From contig OZ116702.1 in NCBI GenBank assembly GCA_964199315.1, positions 15,810,001 through 15,874,000 of the forward strand: a stretch of 64,000 nt of DNA. Reading direction: 5' to 3'. The notes beneath the pieces are model-generated. The model ran no database searches and had not been told where the DNA came from. It saw only the letters and a list, made by a program, of their open reading frames with translations. The position numbers were made by a program, and so were the translations under genes. The stretch is from Orbicella franksi (lineage: Eukaryota). Shown piece by piece: positions 29,041 to 41,556 of the stretch. Every line of letters starts with the position of its first letter. Position 1 is the first letter of the stretch.

Positions 29041-30839
29041 TTATACTACAGGCTGAGAAATTTCTGAAATGTGATTGGCTAAGACCAGTAGTATTTAAGC
29101 CAAATTTGAAATACTTACGTGTAAAAATTACAGCCAGTTTCCATGGTAACTGAAAAATTATTGTTTCTAATTTTAAAACAATGGCGGATAGATTTCCCGA
29201 TTCTGACGCGAAAGAACTACAACAATTTAAGGAAAATGCCGAAAATTCGAACACAAAGAAAAGCACTAAGACCTGGGTTACTGTTTGGACCACATGGGCT
29301 GAAGAAAAAGGATACAGTCCAGATATTGTAAGCCACGAAGCCAAGGAACTTGACGAGATGCTTCAGAAGTTTTTCGCCGAGGTGAGAAAGAAGGATGGTT
29401 CAGACTACGAGCCAGACAGTTTGCGGGTAATGATAGCGTCCCTGGACCGTCATTTATAGGAAGCAGGCAGCAGCATTTCCATTGCCAAGGACAGAGAGTT
29501 TGTCAACAGTCGCAAAGTACTCGAAGGGAAAGCTCGCTTCCTCCGTGAACAGGGCTACGGCAAACGTCCCCGTGCATCAAAAGCACTAACCACTGAAGAC
29601 GAAGAGCTGTTGTGGTCCAAAGGGCTCCTTGGCAGCCAGTCTCCGAAGTCCCTAATAACCACAATGTGATTTCTTTTGACGCAGCATTTCGGATTACGAG
29701 GCTGTCAGGAACACCATGACATGTATGTCGAAGATTTTTCATTCACCAAAGACGACAATGGCGTCGAGTACATCACGTACGAAGAAAATCCCACAAAAAC
29801 GCGTCAGGGCGGCCTTCGCAACAAAAGAAGAGTGGTTCAGCCGAACATGTTTGCAACTGGTGGGCCAAGATGTCCAGTCAAGCTTCTAAAGACGTTCCTG
29901 GCACACAGACCCGAGGAAATGAAAAACAGTGGGCCATTTTACCTCGCGGTGATTGAGCGCCCTAAGTCTCAAGTGTGGTATAAGCGACAGAGAATGGGGA
30001 TCCACAGCATTAATTCCTTCATGAAATCTATGGCTCTTCAGGGCGAGATTGAAGCTAAACGGCTCACAAAGCACAGTGCACGGAAAACGCTGGTGAAGAA
30101 ACTCAAAGCTGCCAACCAACCTCGCTCCGCAATTATTGGCGTCACTGGCCATACAAACGAGCGCTCTTTAGCCGACTACGAGGAAGGCGATGAGAATGAA
30201 CAACGGCTGATTTCCTCAATCATAAGCTCTGACGGTCAGGCAAGCACGTCCAACCAACGCCGTCCTCTTCAGAATGTTGGCCTTTCCTCTGATGTGGAAA
30301 ACACGCTGATGATGAATGAAGAGCGGTTGACTACAATCAACAATTTCCACGGCTGTCAAGTGACCATCAACTACCAGCTTAGCCAGAAGTTTCCCGAGCC
30401 GAGGTGCAGTGTTCCACAGGCAGAATCGATTGCAGATGATTGTTAAACTTTGATTGATGAGCCTATTAAAAACTTTCACTCTTTAGAACTGAGATTTACA
30501 GACATTCGAGTACAGTTTCATCACAGTTGTGTGCTGTGTGACCATATGTGATGTTGAAGCGATCACATGTTTAATCACATGTCATTGTAAAGCCATTCAA
30601 CTGCGCGTGACTAAATAAAAATATGTGTGTTATATGAAATGCAAAATTTCTTTGCCTTGTAGTATAAACAAAAAATAGTACGGTTTCTTCGGGGTATTTG
30701 GGATAAATACAGGCTCGTGATATTTCAAAACTCCCCAAATATCACTCGCCGCGGCGGCTCGTGATATTTTGGTGAATTTTGAAATATCACGCGCGGTATT
30801 TATCCCAAATACCCCTGGAAACCGTGCTATTTCCTATAC
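29041..30839 (+). mobile_element. Crypton-type tyrosine recombinase transposon with a 3' hairpin
   Basis: YR coding region, no TIRs, TATAC direct repeat at 29042-29046 and 30835-30839, and a 160-bp palindrome at 30673-30832. Confidence 0.7.
29181..30446 (+). pseudogene. Tyrosine recombinase (Crypton A / DUF3504-like) with two nonsense codons
   Basis: EVRKKDGSDYEPDSL, HFGLRG, KTRQGG, RCPV, KHSAR, TGH and LADY in one frame. Stops at 29457-29459 and 29667-29669. Confidence 0.88.
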
Positions 30840-30969
30840 ATATCGTATTGTAGCTAGTTTTGTATTTCTTTAAGTCGTTTTAGTACTGTATTGTAAATAG
30901 CATAAGTATCACTTTATAAGTAGTATAGCTTAAGTAGTGTGTTGTAATTTATTGTACATGAAATGAAAA

Positions 30970-31350
30970 AAATTATTAAACACGAGTGTTTTACTGGAAA
31001 ATACACCACTCGAGTGGCGTATTTTCGATATCCTCACTGGTGAAGGTATCGATGATTTCACTGACATCAAGTTTGTCTCTTAAATTGTACTTAAATTCGT
31101 TGGTTAATGATCGAAACATCTTCCAGTCTTCCTCGAAAGTCTTCGGCGATCTTCGGCAATCTTCGGAAAGTTGTCGGAAATCTTCGGAAAAACGTCAAAA
31201 ACGCCGTCCTCAGTATGAACATTACACGTTACCTCGAAGATATCCATTTTATGTTCTCGTGGCAAGAACAATATCTTACTCGTTCGCTGCGCTCACTCGT
31301 GAGATATTGTTCTTGCCACGAGAACATAAAATTCTTATCTTCTAGCCACC
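30970..31350. mobile_element. Non-autonomous hairpin-ended element
   Basis: Perfect 31-bp stem (31246-31276 with 31302-31332) around the core CTCGTTCGCTGCGCTCACTCG. Internal (TCTTCGG)n-like tract. Confidence 0.6.
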
Positions 31351-31359
31351 GTGTAATAT

Positions 31360-31765
31360 CCTCTAGGCAAAGTATTTATATGTGTTGCATTGCGATCGAA
31401 ACATCATCGGTTCTTCTTCGGAATCTTCGGAGTTCTTCGGAAATCTATCGTAATCTACCGAAATTTTCGGAAAATGTTCGAAAATGTTTGTCTGGCCTTC
31501 GGAGAACTTTTGGAAAATCTTTGGAAATGTTCGGAAAGTGCGCAGAAATCTTCGGGAAATCTTCAAAAATCTCGTCGTCAGTATGTTTATATAATAAACA
31601 CAATAATACATGGCTGCTTGTAGATATGGAATTTCTTTTCTCGTGTTCAACTTTATATCTCACGAGTGAGCGCAGCGAAGGAGTGAGATATCAATTTGAA
31701 CACTCGAAGAGAAATTGCATACATTTTGTATGTAGGCGCACCCACGCATTATCCTCTATTTATTA
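31360..31765. mobile_element. Related hairpin-ended element
   Basis: Long imperfect palindrome near 31625-31730 around GAGTGAGCGCAGCGAA, the reverse complement of the previous core. Similar TCTTCGG tract. Confidence 0.55.
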
Positions 31766-31839
31766 AAAAAAAAGAAGGGTAAAAAAGGTAAAATCAGTCA
31801 TGCATATCACAAATGCGCTTGGCCGCAAGTGAAATCATG

Positions 31840-32232
31840 CGCTCACCTATAAGGGTCGAAGCAAGAGTTGGCTTTGCGTTTTGCAGGTTAGCAACAGGGG
31901 ATAGCCTCTAAATCTTTGGACTGAAATTTGGACTTGGGATGTCAACCGCCAAAACTCTCTGCGCCGGATTCAAACTTTCTCTTCTCCGACTAAAAGACCA
32001 CTTTATTAAATTTCCACTAACGAGACAAGAGATATAGGATCGGATGGATGAGATCGAAGATGAATATATTTGGCGCTATCGACGGTTGTCACATCGAAAT
32101 AAACGCGTCACTTGGTATCCCCGAGGACTACATCAATAGACAGCAGCATTACAATGTGAATTTACAGGCCATGGTTAACTGCAATTTACAGTCCATTCAT
32201 GTTAGCTTCAGGTATCCTTGAAGCGTACAGGA
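31840..32232 (+). mobile_element. Second PIF/Harbinger transposase fragment, more degraded
   Basis: Inverted homolog of 23775-24190 (GAIDGCHIEIN, IHVSFRYP). Confidence 0.8.
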
Positions 32233-32237
32233 ATTCA

Positions 32238-32900
32238 GGGGCGCTTTCCATTCGACCAAAAATTCCGGTGTGAATTTCCGGAAATTTCTGTGAGCGAATG
32301 GTACAGACTTTTCCATTGTGGAAAACGATAAGCCGCACAGTTTTGTTCGCTTGGATTTTTTCAATGACTTCGAGGTTTAAATCGCAAATATAAAGCAAAC
32401 AGAGCACTGATACGTCGACACGGTGACTTTTTATAGCCCATGCCGGCAGGGACCTTATACAAACCGCAACGGCAGCGAAAACGTCGCAAAACAAAAGGTT
32501 TAATGAGTGACAATGGCTTTGCACGCGTTATAAGTCTTTGTACATTTCTTAGTCAACCTATGCAAAACAAAGAAGTACACTACTGAGGCATTATTTTTAT
32601 TGGAATTAAATGCTATCTCGACAAATTTCAGGTTTTAGCATTTATTGACAGACAAGTGTAGAGTAAAATATTAATCCATTTTCAAATACACGTCGCCGTC
32701 ATCTTTGTCTGGGATGATCGTGGTGATCGCGACTAAAGGAACTAGCGTTGAACAGAAAATTGCAAATTCACATAATTTCCGAAAAAAGGACAACGTCGCG
32801 AGGTATACCTTTTGATTTTCATTCTGGAATTTCCGGAATTTTCGGTTGAATGGTTCGCTTTTCCCAGGAAATGATTTTACCATTTGTCCCAGTTTCAATT
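32238..32900. mobile_element. Composite MITE-like repeat, copy 1
   Basis: Starts GGGCGCTTTCCATTCGACCAAAAATT and contains GGGACCTTATACAAACC.CAACGGCAGCGAAAAC. A second copy lies at 42596-43557. Confidence 0.6.
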
Positions 32901-33403
32901 TTTTTTCCAAATTTTCACATCACCAAAGAAACTTGTCAGTAGTAAGGAAATCCCTTTCACTAGCAGTGTTTGGTTGTTAACTAACAGGCGGCCGCTTCTT
33001 TGCGTTTTAGTAGATTTCTATGCTAGCTCAGCTTTGTATTGAGATCAGGTTAGCTCTTTTATTTAATCTTTTATTGAATTGTTATCTACTTTAACACGTT
33101 TTGCAATTTTTAGTAACCAATGAAAATTTACGTCTTTTAGGATTAGTTTTTATTTTTATGATGTAAAGCGCACTAGAACATTTTATGGAAAGTCGCGCTA
33201 TACAAATTTTTAATATTAATATTATTACTATTATAATCATAAAAATTACAATCTCCTCGATTGTGATTGGTTTAAAAAACTCCTATTACCCACTAATTCA
33301 CCATCACTTATTATTTATTATGCGTGATAGTTGACTCGGGCTGCTTCCTCGTCAACTGCCACGCGATAGAAATGTTGAGCTCTTAATCTAATCTAATCTA
33401 ATC

Positions 33404-33985
33404 ATGCCGATGACTATACTAAAATGGCAAAAAATGCTAATGACTATGCTAGAATAGCAAGGATGCCAATGACTATACTAGAATAGCAAGGATGCTAAAA
33501 AAGTTGCAATGATGCTAATACTAGAACAGCGACGATGCTAATGACTATGGTAGAATAGCAATGGTCCTAGCGACTATACTTGAATAGCAATAATGACAAT
33601 CACCATAATACTACAATGGCAATGATGCTATAGGTAACGCCCATAAAAATAGCAATGATGCCAATACTAGAATGGTAATGATGTTAATGACTGTTTAAGA
33701 ATTGCAACAATGCTAATGACCATACTAGAATAGCAATGACGCTAGTGATTACAGTAGAATAGCAATAATGATAATGACTACAATGCTAGAATAGTAATGA
33801 TTCTAGTACCTATAAAAGAATAGAAATGATGCCATTGACTACACTAGAATAGATTGACGCTAGTGGCTACACTACAACAGTAATAATGATTATGATTACA
33901 CTAGTAAGAATAACAATGACGCCAATGACCAGATTAGAATAACAATGGACACCAATGACTACACTTGAATAGCAATGACACTACT
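33404..33985 (+). repeat. Degenerate minisatellite, unit about 30 bp
   Basis: Approximate consensus AATGACTATACTAGAATAGCAATGATGCT, roughly 20 diverged copies. Confidence 0.9.
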
Positions 33986-34827
33986 CACTCTATGTTCATT
34001 TTCATAACTCATTTAAAAGAAAAAGAAAATTTGCAGCCAGAAAACTGTTTCTGTTATTAACTTGAATCGATTTTTCGGGGCCACAAGCGTTTTTGGCAGG
34101 GCCGTACGGCTGCAGAAAAGTATTGAGCGCATGAAGTCGAACGTTTTCGAGTGACAATGAACAATGAATGACTAAGGCACACATATGGCAACTGTTCAGT
34201 GTACCATAAATTTTGAATTTCACTTTGGAGACAAACAGCTTCTAAGTAAGTAAGAAGAGCCTGTAAAAGAAAACCTTACGGAATTATTTGGAAATCCATA
34301 AGACTGCTTGTAGACTGCGAGGAAGACAGAGACTCTAACGAAGAGATTATGATAACGGTACAACAGAAACAGACCAAACTTAAGGGCAAATACACAAACA
34401 ATACCAGCTGTTAGCTCAACATCCAAACTAAACGCTGTCAAGGAGTCCGCACTGGGGCAGAAAGAAGAATGTTACCGCCCGATACACCTTACGTGCAAAG
34501 AATTTGGGACGATTTCAATTTCGAATGGAAATAGAGTCCGAAAATAAAACCGTCCGAAATTTTAACTGTCCGAAATATTTACAGCACAGAATAAAACTTT
34601 TAAGTAGCTCCAAAGCTATTAGATTCCTATATGGAATCATCTTTAGTTGAGACACTGCTTGAAATACGTAGCGGCTTGATAGAATTTGTGTTATTTTCTC
34701 GTCAGTGTGTCTTTAAAACCTTGGAGGTGCAGTAGAACTATCATTTTCACAAATATTGTTTCAGTCTATTTATTATGATTACGATTATGACTATGATTAA
34801 GATCATTATTATTACCACGCGTATCTT

Positions 34828-35276
34828 CTACGCGCTAGCATTTTTGCTCTTTAATATCTCACTGATTAATCTCTCTTCCCAATCTAGTGTCGTCTTGTAT
34901 TTGTCAAAATCGACCAGTTTCTTCTTTCTCAAAGCGGCTGGTAATTGCTTTTTCTTCATGTTGTTGATCTTTACGAGAATCAGTGACGAATCACCCTCAT
35001 CCAATCCCCTCTGCACAGCCATGTGCAGCTCCTCTCGACAAAAGTTGCTGGCGAGGTAATTCTCAGACAAAACAATCAACACTTGACGGCTGCCGTACAC
35101 ACTGTCGGCCATGTTCTGGACGATGGGTCTTCCAATTTCAAAGTCGCGGCTGTGGATGCTGTAGTCAATCGAGTGCTTCTCAAGAATTGACATGAGATTG
35201 TCAGTGACCCAACCAAAGTCCTTTGAGCTGTAGCTGATAAACAGTCGGTTTATCAAATCTTCTTTACTGTAGTGAT
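34828..35276 (-). CDS. TIR-domain terminal exon of an IL-1R-like (Ig-TM-TIR) receptor
   Basis: FISYSSKDFGWV, HSRDFEIGRPIVQNM and VLSENYLASNFCREE. Phase-1 acceptor ...TTCCATTGATAG. Confidence 0.92.
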
Positions 35277-35741
35277 CTATCAATGGAAGGTGCGCCAAAA
35301 AAGGATCAGCTTGTCAGCGGCGGAGACTCAATGAACGCTAAATTATAACGCCAAACTGGTCAAGCCATCGTGTAAACGAATTAACAAAATGCGTAATAAC
35401 CGCCACCCCCCTAGCTTCTACACTCCAATGAGAAAGCAAACTCTGAAAGGAGTTGAGCTATTGTACCTTGGGCATCCTCCACTTGGAATCTTAGTCACTA
35501 AGCGCCGTTTAGAAACGCTTATGCCATCGTGGTCTCTGAGGGAAAAGCTTTTTGGACTTTTCAAGCAATCGTCTGTTGCGTGACAGGTCCAAAGAACTTC
35601 TGTTTATGGCCCTGAAAAGAACCGGGGGTATTTGCACCACTAAATCTCACGCTGTATTCCGCTGTAAGGTACGACCGGCATTTCCGTGACTATTGTATGG
35701 AATGCTTTCCCATTCCGGGTGAGCTACAGCTCTGAACTTAC

Positions 35742-35867
35742 AGTTTGGTATGTTATAGGATGATTTCCATCTCTTCTTGACACAAAATGGCACGAAAACC
35801 ATGAACAAGACGGTGACACTTGCGGCTGATATGATGATGATTGGTAGAAGCCACTCTCTGCGACGTC
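35742..35867 (-). CDS. Transmembrane exon of the Ig-TM-TIR receptor
   Basis: WLLPIIIISAASVTVLFMVFVPFCV then KKRWK. CAG acceptor and GTAAGT donor, 126 bp, phase 1-1. Confidence 0.85.
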
Positions 35868-36204
35868 CTGTGGATTAAAAACCAGTCATGAAAACACACG
35901 AAAAAACATTTCTTATGGCATGAGTAGATTCTTTCTCTCCCTCTGCTGGGGGCGGTACATCTGGTACATTATACAAAGATCCTTGTTCAAAAGAGTGTCA
36001 TTCATTGTTTTTATCATATGAGGCTCAACTTATGAAAACCTCATAAGGACATTTAGTCTCAGTTAAGATTAAGGTTTAGAATAAAAAGTTCTAAACAATG
36101 TAAAAGTGAGAGTGGAAAATGAGAACGAATCTGTCAAAAACGTTAGATTACTGCAAAGGTTACTTCATGTAAACAGACGCGGGGTGACACTGTCTAACTC
36201 TGAC

Positions 36205-36264
36205 CTGAACCCAGATTAGAAGACAGACGTCTTGAAGTGGTCACACTTTCAGTCACTTGCGTTC
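36205..36264 (-). CDS. Possible Ser/Thr-rich stalk exon
   Basis: 60-bp phase 1-1 exon GTQVTESVTTSRRLSSNLGS. Strong acceptor, weaker GTCAGA donor. Confidence 0.5.
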
Positions 36265-37139
36265 CTGGAAAGAGAACCAAAATTAGAAAAAAACTGACGA
36301 CCACTGTACTATTTTTACTTGTCAGTGGCAACAGACCAGAGCCTAGAGGACTTTCTACACACTGTAATAAAGTTCTGCTGCAGCGTATCGAGTTCCACTA
36401 TTAGGCGGTCAGTTCAACTTATAGTTCTACTTATCCATGCACAAAGTTTGGTTTTCCGTAAATTCCGAGGTTCCGACGAAGAAACGTGAAGGGCAAGACT
36501 CACCCAACAGTCAGCTGTCCTTTTTCGCTCAATGTTAACGTCTGCACCTAAAGAGGCTACTCAAAATTTTTAGGTCGGGATCGAAATTTTTCATTGGAAT
36601 TCGAATAAAAATTCGAATACTTTGAAATAGAATTAAAATTAATATATAACGAAGTCACATGCAGTTTCCACGTACGCCCTAAGTGAGTTCCAAAGTCATT
36701 TTTCATCCTTTACCGGGAAATTTCCCTAAAACACACAAGGTTTCTGAAAGGTGTTCATCCTTCTTTTCAAGCGCTGGTGTTGAATTAAGAAAACGCCGGA
36801 CGCCATATGATTTGAATAGTATAACTAACTGAAACTGTAGAATAGTACTCAAAGAGAGTTTCGAAATGGAGGAATCCTTTAAGTAGCCCGATACTTCACA
36901 ACTTTCCCCTTAGATTTTGTAGGAAATGTCTTATCTATGCGATCTTGGAGCTATATCTGATTTTTTTCGCTAAAAATGGTAAGTAGCAATGCTGTCAGCA
37001 TTAAGCGTGCGCGCTTTCATTAGGCGAAGTACGATTAGGGTTTGGGGTTTAGAGTTTAGGGCTAAAGTTAGGCATGGTTTTGAAAGAAAAACTACACTGA
37101 TTCTGTTGCATCATTTCTTTTTTTTAACCAGGCTCTTAC

Positions 37140-37460
37140 CCGTTTGTGATTGAACGAACACTTTCCAGTGAATACCAGCTACTTGGCTGTTGCAGGTCCA
37201 GTTGCAGCTGTAATTTCCCTCTTCATCTTCTGTCACGTTAAAAATATAGAGGATGGATTGTAGTTTACATTTGCTGCGCGTTTTCGTCTGTTCTATTTGG
37301 TACTTTGTATCATGTTTCAAGAGGGCAGTTTCATTGCGCCAAGTCAACTGTTTTGGACATTTGTCGTGTACACCAGACAAGCATGTCAGATTGACAGTAG
37401 AAAAAGTCCTTGCAAGAACCTCCGGAGCATAGACAATGGTAAGGCTTTTTGGCTGTGGAC
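37140..37460 (-). CDS. Immunoglobulin-domain exon, membrane-proximal
   Basis: VNLTC...LTW...SILYIFNVTEDEEGNYSC. CAG acceptor and GTAAGA donor, phase 1-1. Confidence 0.88.
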
Positions 37461-37553
37461 CTGAGTGAAGTAAAAAGTTCCTGATCATTATTACACAATT
37501 ATTATGACAAAATTAACTATTAACGCCAAGTTTACACTCTCAAACATACATTC

Positions 37554-37750
37554 NNNNNNNNNNNNNNNNNNNNNNNNNNNNNNNNNNNNNNNNNNNNNNN
37601 NNNNNNNNNNNNNNNNNNNNNNNNNNNNNNNNNNNNNNNNNNNNNNNNNNNNNNNNNNNNNNNNNNNNNNNNNNNNNNNNNNNNNNNNNNNNNNNNNNNN
37701 NNNNNNNNNNNNNNNNNNNNNNNNNNNNNNNNNNNNNNNNNNNNNNNNNN
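37554..37750. other. Assembly gap (run of N)
   Basis: 197 N bases. Confidence 1.
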
Positions 37751-37860
37751 CTCCACGCCACTCCACGCCACTCCACGCCACTCCACGCCACGCCCCGCCA
37801 CGCCGCGCCGCGCCGCGCCGCTCCGCTCCACTACTCCACTCCAGGACTCCACTCCACTAC
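37751..37860 (+). repeat. Pentanucleotide microsatellite, (CTCCA/CGCCA)n-type
   Basis: CTCCACGCCA repeats next to the gap. Confidence 0.95.
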
Positions 37861-37907
37861 TAGTAACTCCCTTAGTTACCACTAAGTGGTTATGGGTTTC
37901 TGCTTAC

Positions 37908-38213
37908 ACCCATATTCATACTGCAAGGTTTTACAGGCCCTCCGGCCAGAAATCCTGTTTTTCGCACAGCACTTATAGGTTCCTTCCAGCTCTTCACGTC
38001 CTGGAGGAAGACTAAGTCTGCTATGAACAGTTTCCTCTCCATTTTCTCGCACTGAATGATAAATGCCTTCAGTTCCATTCGTGATTATTTTGTCATCCTT
38101 GTACCGATAAACTTCGAGAGGCCATCCCGAGAAATGGCATTTCAAATCGTCTGGTTTTTTTCCTTCGGTGAAAAACGTTGGAGTTCTGGAGAACCAATCA
38201 ACTTTTGGTGCAT
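37908..38213 (-). CDS. Immunoglobulin-domain exon
   Basis: APKV...DDLKCHFSGWP...Y...SRLSL...EGTYKC. TAG acceptor and GTAAGC donor, phase 1-1. Confidence 0.88.
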
Positions 38214-38312
38214 CTAGAGTGGAGAATATTTTTACAAAAGTCAGTGCATGCGTAAAAGAAATATCTGAATATGAAAGGATTCATTATATATCAAGAATCA
38301 TATATTCCATAA

Positions 38313-38666
38313 GGCTAATTTCCATATGATCGTTACCATGGCTACGATTGCTGCGCTCCAACAAACGGTTGAGCGATCCTTACGGCTACCTGTTCCTATG
38401 ACTACCACGATATCGCGGCAAATTAAACTGCCCTGGAGGACTTAGACGAAGCAACGGCGCACTGCACTCAGAATCTCTGGTATATTTTTCATCGCAGTGA
38501 TCGCTAATATCTGTAGAGCGTGGTTTCCGTATTATGCCGCAGCGAACACTATGATTGCTGAGGTAGAACTGAGGTCTATCTCCGTTCACCATGGCTACGG
38601 TCGCCGAAGAGATCGATCGCTACAATTTTTTTCGCAGCGATCGTAGCGATCGGATGGAAACCAGCC
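38313..38666. mobile_element. MITE with terminal inverted repeats
   Basis: GGCTAATTTCCATATGATCG ... CGATCGGATGGAAACCAGCC, with TA/TWA-like flanks. Confidence 0.65.
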
Positions 38667-39499
38667 TTAAATAGCTACGTCATGGTTTGCAAATCTTGAA
38701 AAGTTTATTCCGAATTATTTAAGTTTGTCGTTTGTAACAGTCCAATCCTCTCCATCCTTAACAACCCTTGTTACTTCATGGTTTATTATTATCTCTTTGA
38801 TATTTTTCTATCTTGGCAAACTATTATTTTCAAGTTTCCTCCAATTTAAAGGTAGTTCTGTATGTGGCCAAACTAACTCAAAATATCGTGACATAACATG
38901 CCATTCAATGCTATTGGAATAATCTGACATGTCATGTCCATTTATTAGTTATGAACTAAAAACATCTGACATAAATTTATATGAAATCCTTATTTCAACT
39001 CCACCATTCTTTTCTCCCTTCATCTAGCTCATGCAAATCTTAAAAATGATAAAAACACAATTTTTGCAGAACTCCTTCACATATCCGACATTTAACCTAT
39101 AGAGACTTTTTTTGATTTCATGAAACCTCAAAGAGATAATGAGACAACAGTGTAAAAATGTACCATTTAACCGTATTGCCCGCTGTATAACCACATTTCA
39201 CCGGATCCAATTAAACCGGAAGTTGCCGTATGACAAAATCTTGGCCTGGGCATCCCTCACTCAAAGTTTCAAATAAGCTGCCAAACCATAATAAGCTGAC
39301 AAATGTATGTCACTGTTGCCAAGAGTGGTGTGTCATAAAAACATTCCTATTTGGATCTTAATTTTCAAAGGCAACAGACAATATGGATTGGCTACAGAAG
39401 TCGAAATATACACTATGCGTCAGGCGAGAAATGTTAAGAGTACAATCCCTTTTGTTGCAGAACTTAATGAAAGCAAAGATAAAACAAGCGAAGAAACAC

Positions 39500-39779
39500 C
39501 TACGCGTGAAGCTTATATTGGTACAGTCACATGACATAGTGTCGCTGTCCTTTGTTGAATTTGACTGCAGCAATACCAAGTCTGGTGAACCAATACTGTT
39601 CTGGATTTTCTTCTTCGCTTGCCTCCAGGTCATGCCTGGTTTCAGTCCTGGTGTGATGATCGAGCAGTTGAGAGTGATGTTGGAGTCTGGATCTACTGTG
39701 ATGGGATTTGTGTACTGACACCCTGGTGGGCAAGAGGATGACTTTATTTCACATTTCACGTCAGTCGCAGATGAGGCAT
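39500..39779 (-). CDS. Probable N-terminal Ig-like exon of the receptor; 3' boundary uncertain
   Basis: Phase-1 acceptor ...TTATTGAACAG, then CPPGCQY...ITLNCS...MTW...DSDTMSC. Confidence 0.55.
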
Positions 39780-40519
39780 CTGTTCAATAAAATAACAACC
39801 CAACAACATCAATTGACATCAATTTGTCATTGATATACTAGAGCAGTGTGTATGGTAGCGAACGATTGCTTGGAAGGGGGCTACCATTCATCTTGAGCTG
39901 AACATATAATTATTCATCAGAGACAAGCTTGTCGATCTAGTGACTATATGCTGCAGTATACTGAGAGCTAGCGCCTATAGTTAACGTAGCGATCGGGCGA
40001 AGGGAGTAATTTCTTTATAATTTTATCTCGGAACAGTCGAGAGATTTTCCACTTTTCCCACTACTTATTTCCTAAAAGAGATAAAAATATTATCCTGGAG
40101 TATTTCTTAAATGGAAGATGGAAACCTCCTTCTATTTGGTAAATAAAAAGCCCGAAATATACTATAAATCTACCCTACTACATGTTTTACTTATCTCCTT
40201 TTCTATGGTTAGTAGTTTGTTCTAACATGTAAGTGCTTTTCACCCGCAATTCCAAAATGACTGATGTGTTACATTGGATTTCTCCGCTGTTTTTTCAAAA
40301 TTTAAAAATTATATTATTTTAAAAAAGCTCAGTAATAAAGGAAATCACTGAACTTTTCTAGGATTTCGTCGAAACAGCGGCGTTTGATGTCTGAACAGTT
40401 TCTGTTGTTTTCATGCACAGATTACTGTGCAGTAAGACCTCAGAATGAAAACATAACGCAAGCAAATGTTATCTTACCGCGTTTGCATTTATTAACTCCT
40501 TCTTTTGTGACAGTAACAA

Positions 40520-41310
40520 CAGGTGTCATGTGACGACCATTTAAATTTTATTGTATAATGAGTTCTTTCTTCACTCGACAAGAATTTTTTAAACGCATTT
40601 CATAAGCAGGATATTCTCTCAGTGACACAAATGACTAATTTTGTAATTTGTGAAATTACAAATCAGCGATGCAATTTCGCGTAAATAATTTTAAAAGAAA
40701 TGATTTTCGTTTATTCTCAAAAACTCACTTGGACTGAAAGTAAAAATTAACAAAGTTTTATTATTATTCAGGGTAATTTATCATTTCTGGCAGCAAATTA
40801 GGTCAGAAAAACCGACCACTTCTCTGGCCTATTTCTTTGCAAATGTGAATTATGTGTCTAGAGTAAATAAAGCATTGTTGTTGTTGTTGTTGTTGGCCTT
40901 CTTTCGATTGCACAATTTGTTGATACAACAACTGTGCAACTTGTCGCGCGCTCATTGGCTAATTTTTTTATGGTCAGTTAGAGAGAATGGTAGATGAAAT
41001 TTGCCAGAATACTTACAGGGGGCCACCACACTAAATTTGGAACGAATAACAGATAACTATACCCGCGACGCGTTTCTTTTTTCCGTGGCGGCCATTTTGA
41101 ATGTTTAATATTCGGTTGGAGGTCTGGAGCTTTACGATACAGCCGACAAACCTCGGAACATCGATCTCGTAACGAGAATAATAAAGTAACGTCGCGGTTT
41201 TGTAAGAACTAGTTCTCGAACTGTTTTTCTATTCCGAACTTCGCACCAGACGACCGCCAACTTAAAATTGAAAGCAGCTGCTACAAGGCAAGAACCGGTC
41301 GATCTGTAAT
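40520..41310 (+). repeat. Interspersed repeat of about 750 bp, copy 1
   Basis: Collinear with 61705-62430. Both end ...GATCTGTAATTAGTCCT. Confidence 0.8.
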
Positions 41311-41556
41311 TAGTCCTTAAATATAATGAAAGAGACGCTGTCTGTTACGCTCCTCACCTGAAACCTACTCATATTTTGATCATTTCTCTTGTAGTTTTTT
41401 CTTTGTGGGAAATAACAATTTATGACAGATGAAACTGTTATTGAATTGTCTCTTATTTATTTGCTAAAGAGACACCTTGCTTAAAGGCACAATTAACAAC
41501 CAAAACCTTCTTACCAACTGCTGATATTCGATACCGGCGTCCACAAAGAGACACTA

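Noticed and set aside
33404-33985. Periodic repeat of about 30 bp as a CRISPR array
   Set aside because: Units are contiguous and degenerate with no unique spacers, there are no cas genes, and the context is eukaryotic.
34220-34441. Hydrophobic ORF as an exon of a downstream membrane protein
   Set aside because: Splice-like sites exist, but there are no partner exons or recognisable domain to support it.
37491-37882. ORFs spanning the N run
   Set aside because: Artefacts of the assembly gap and the adjacent microsatellite.
40470-40530. Candidate first exon of the receptor (MTPVVTVTKEGVNKCKR, GTAAGA donor, minus strand)
   Set aside because: The phase fits, but it is not a signal peptide and it abuts an interspersed repeat. 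It cannot be supported without transcripts.
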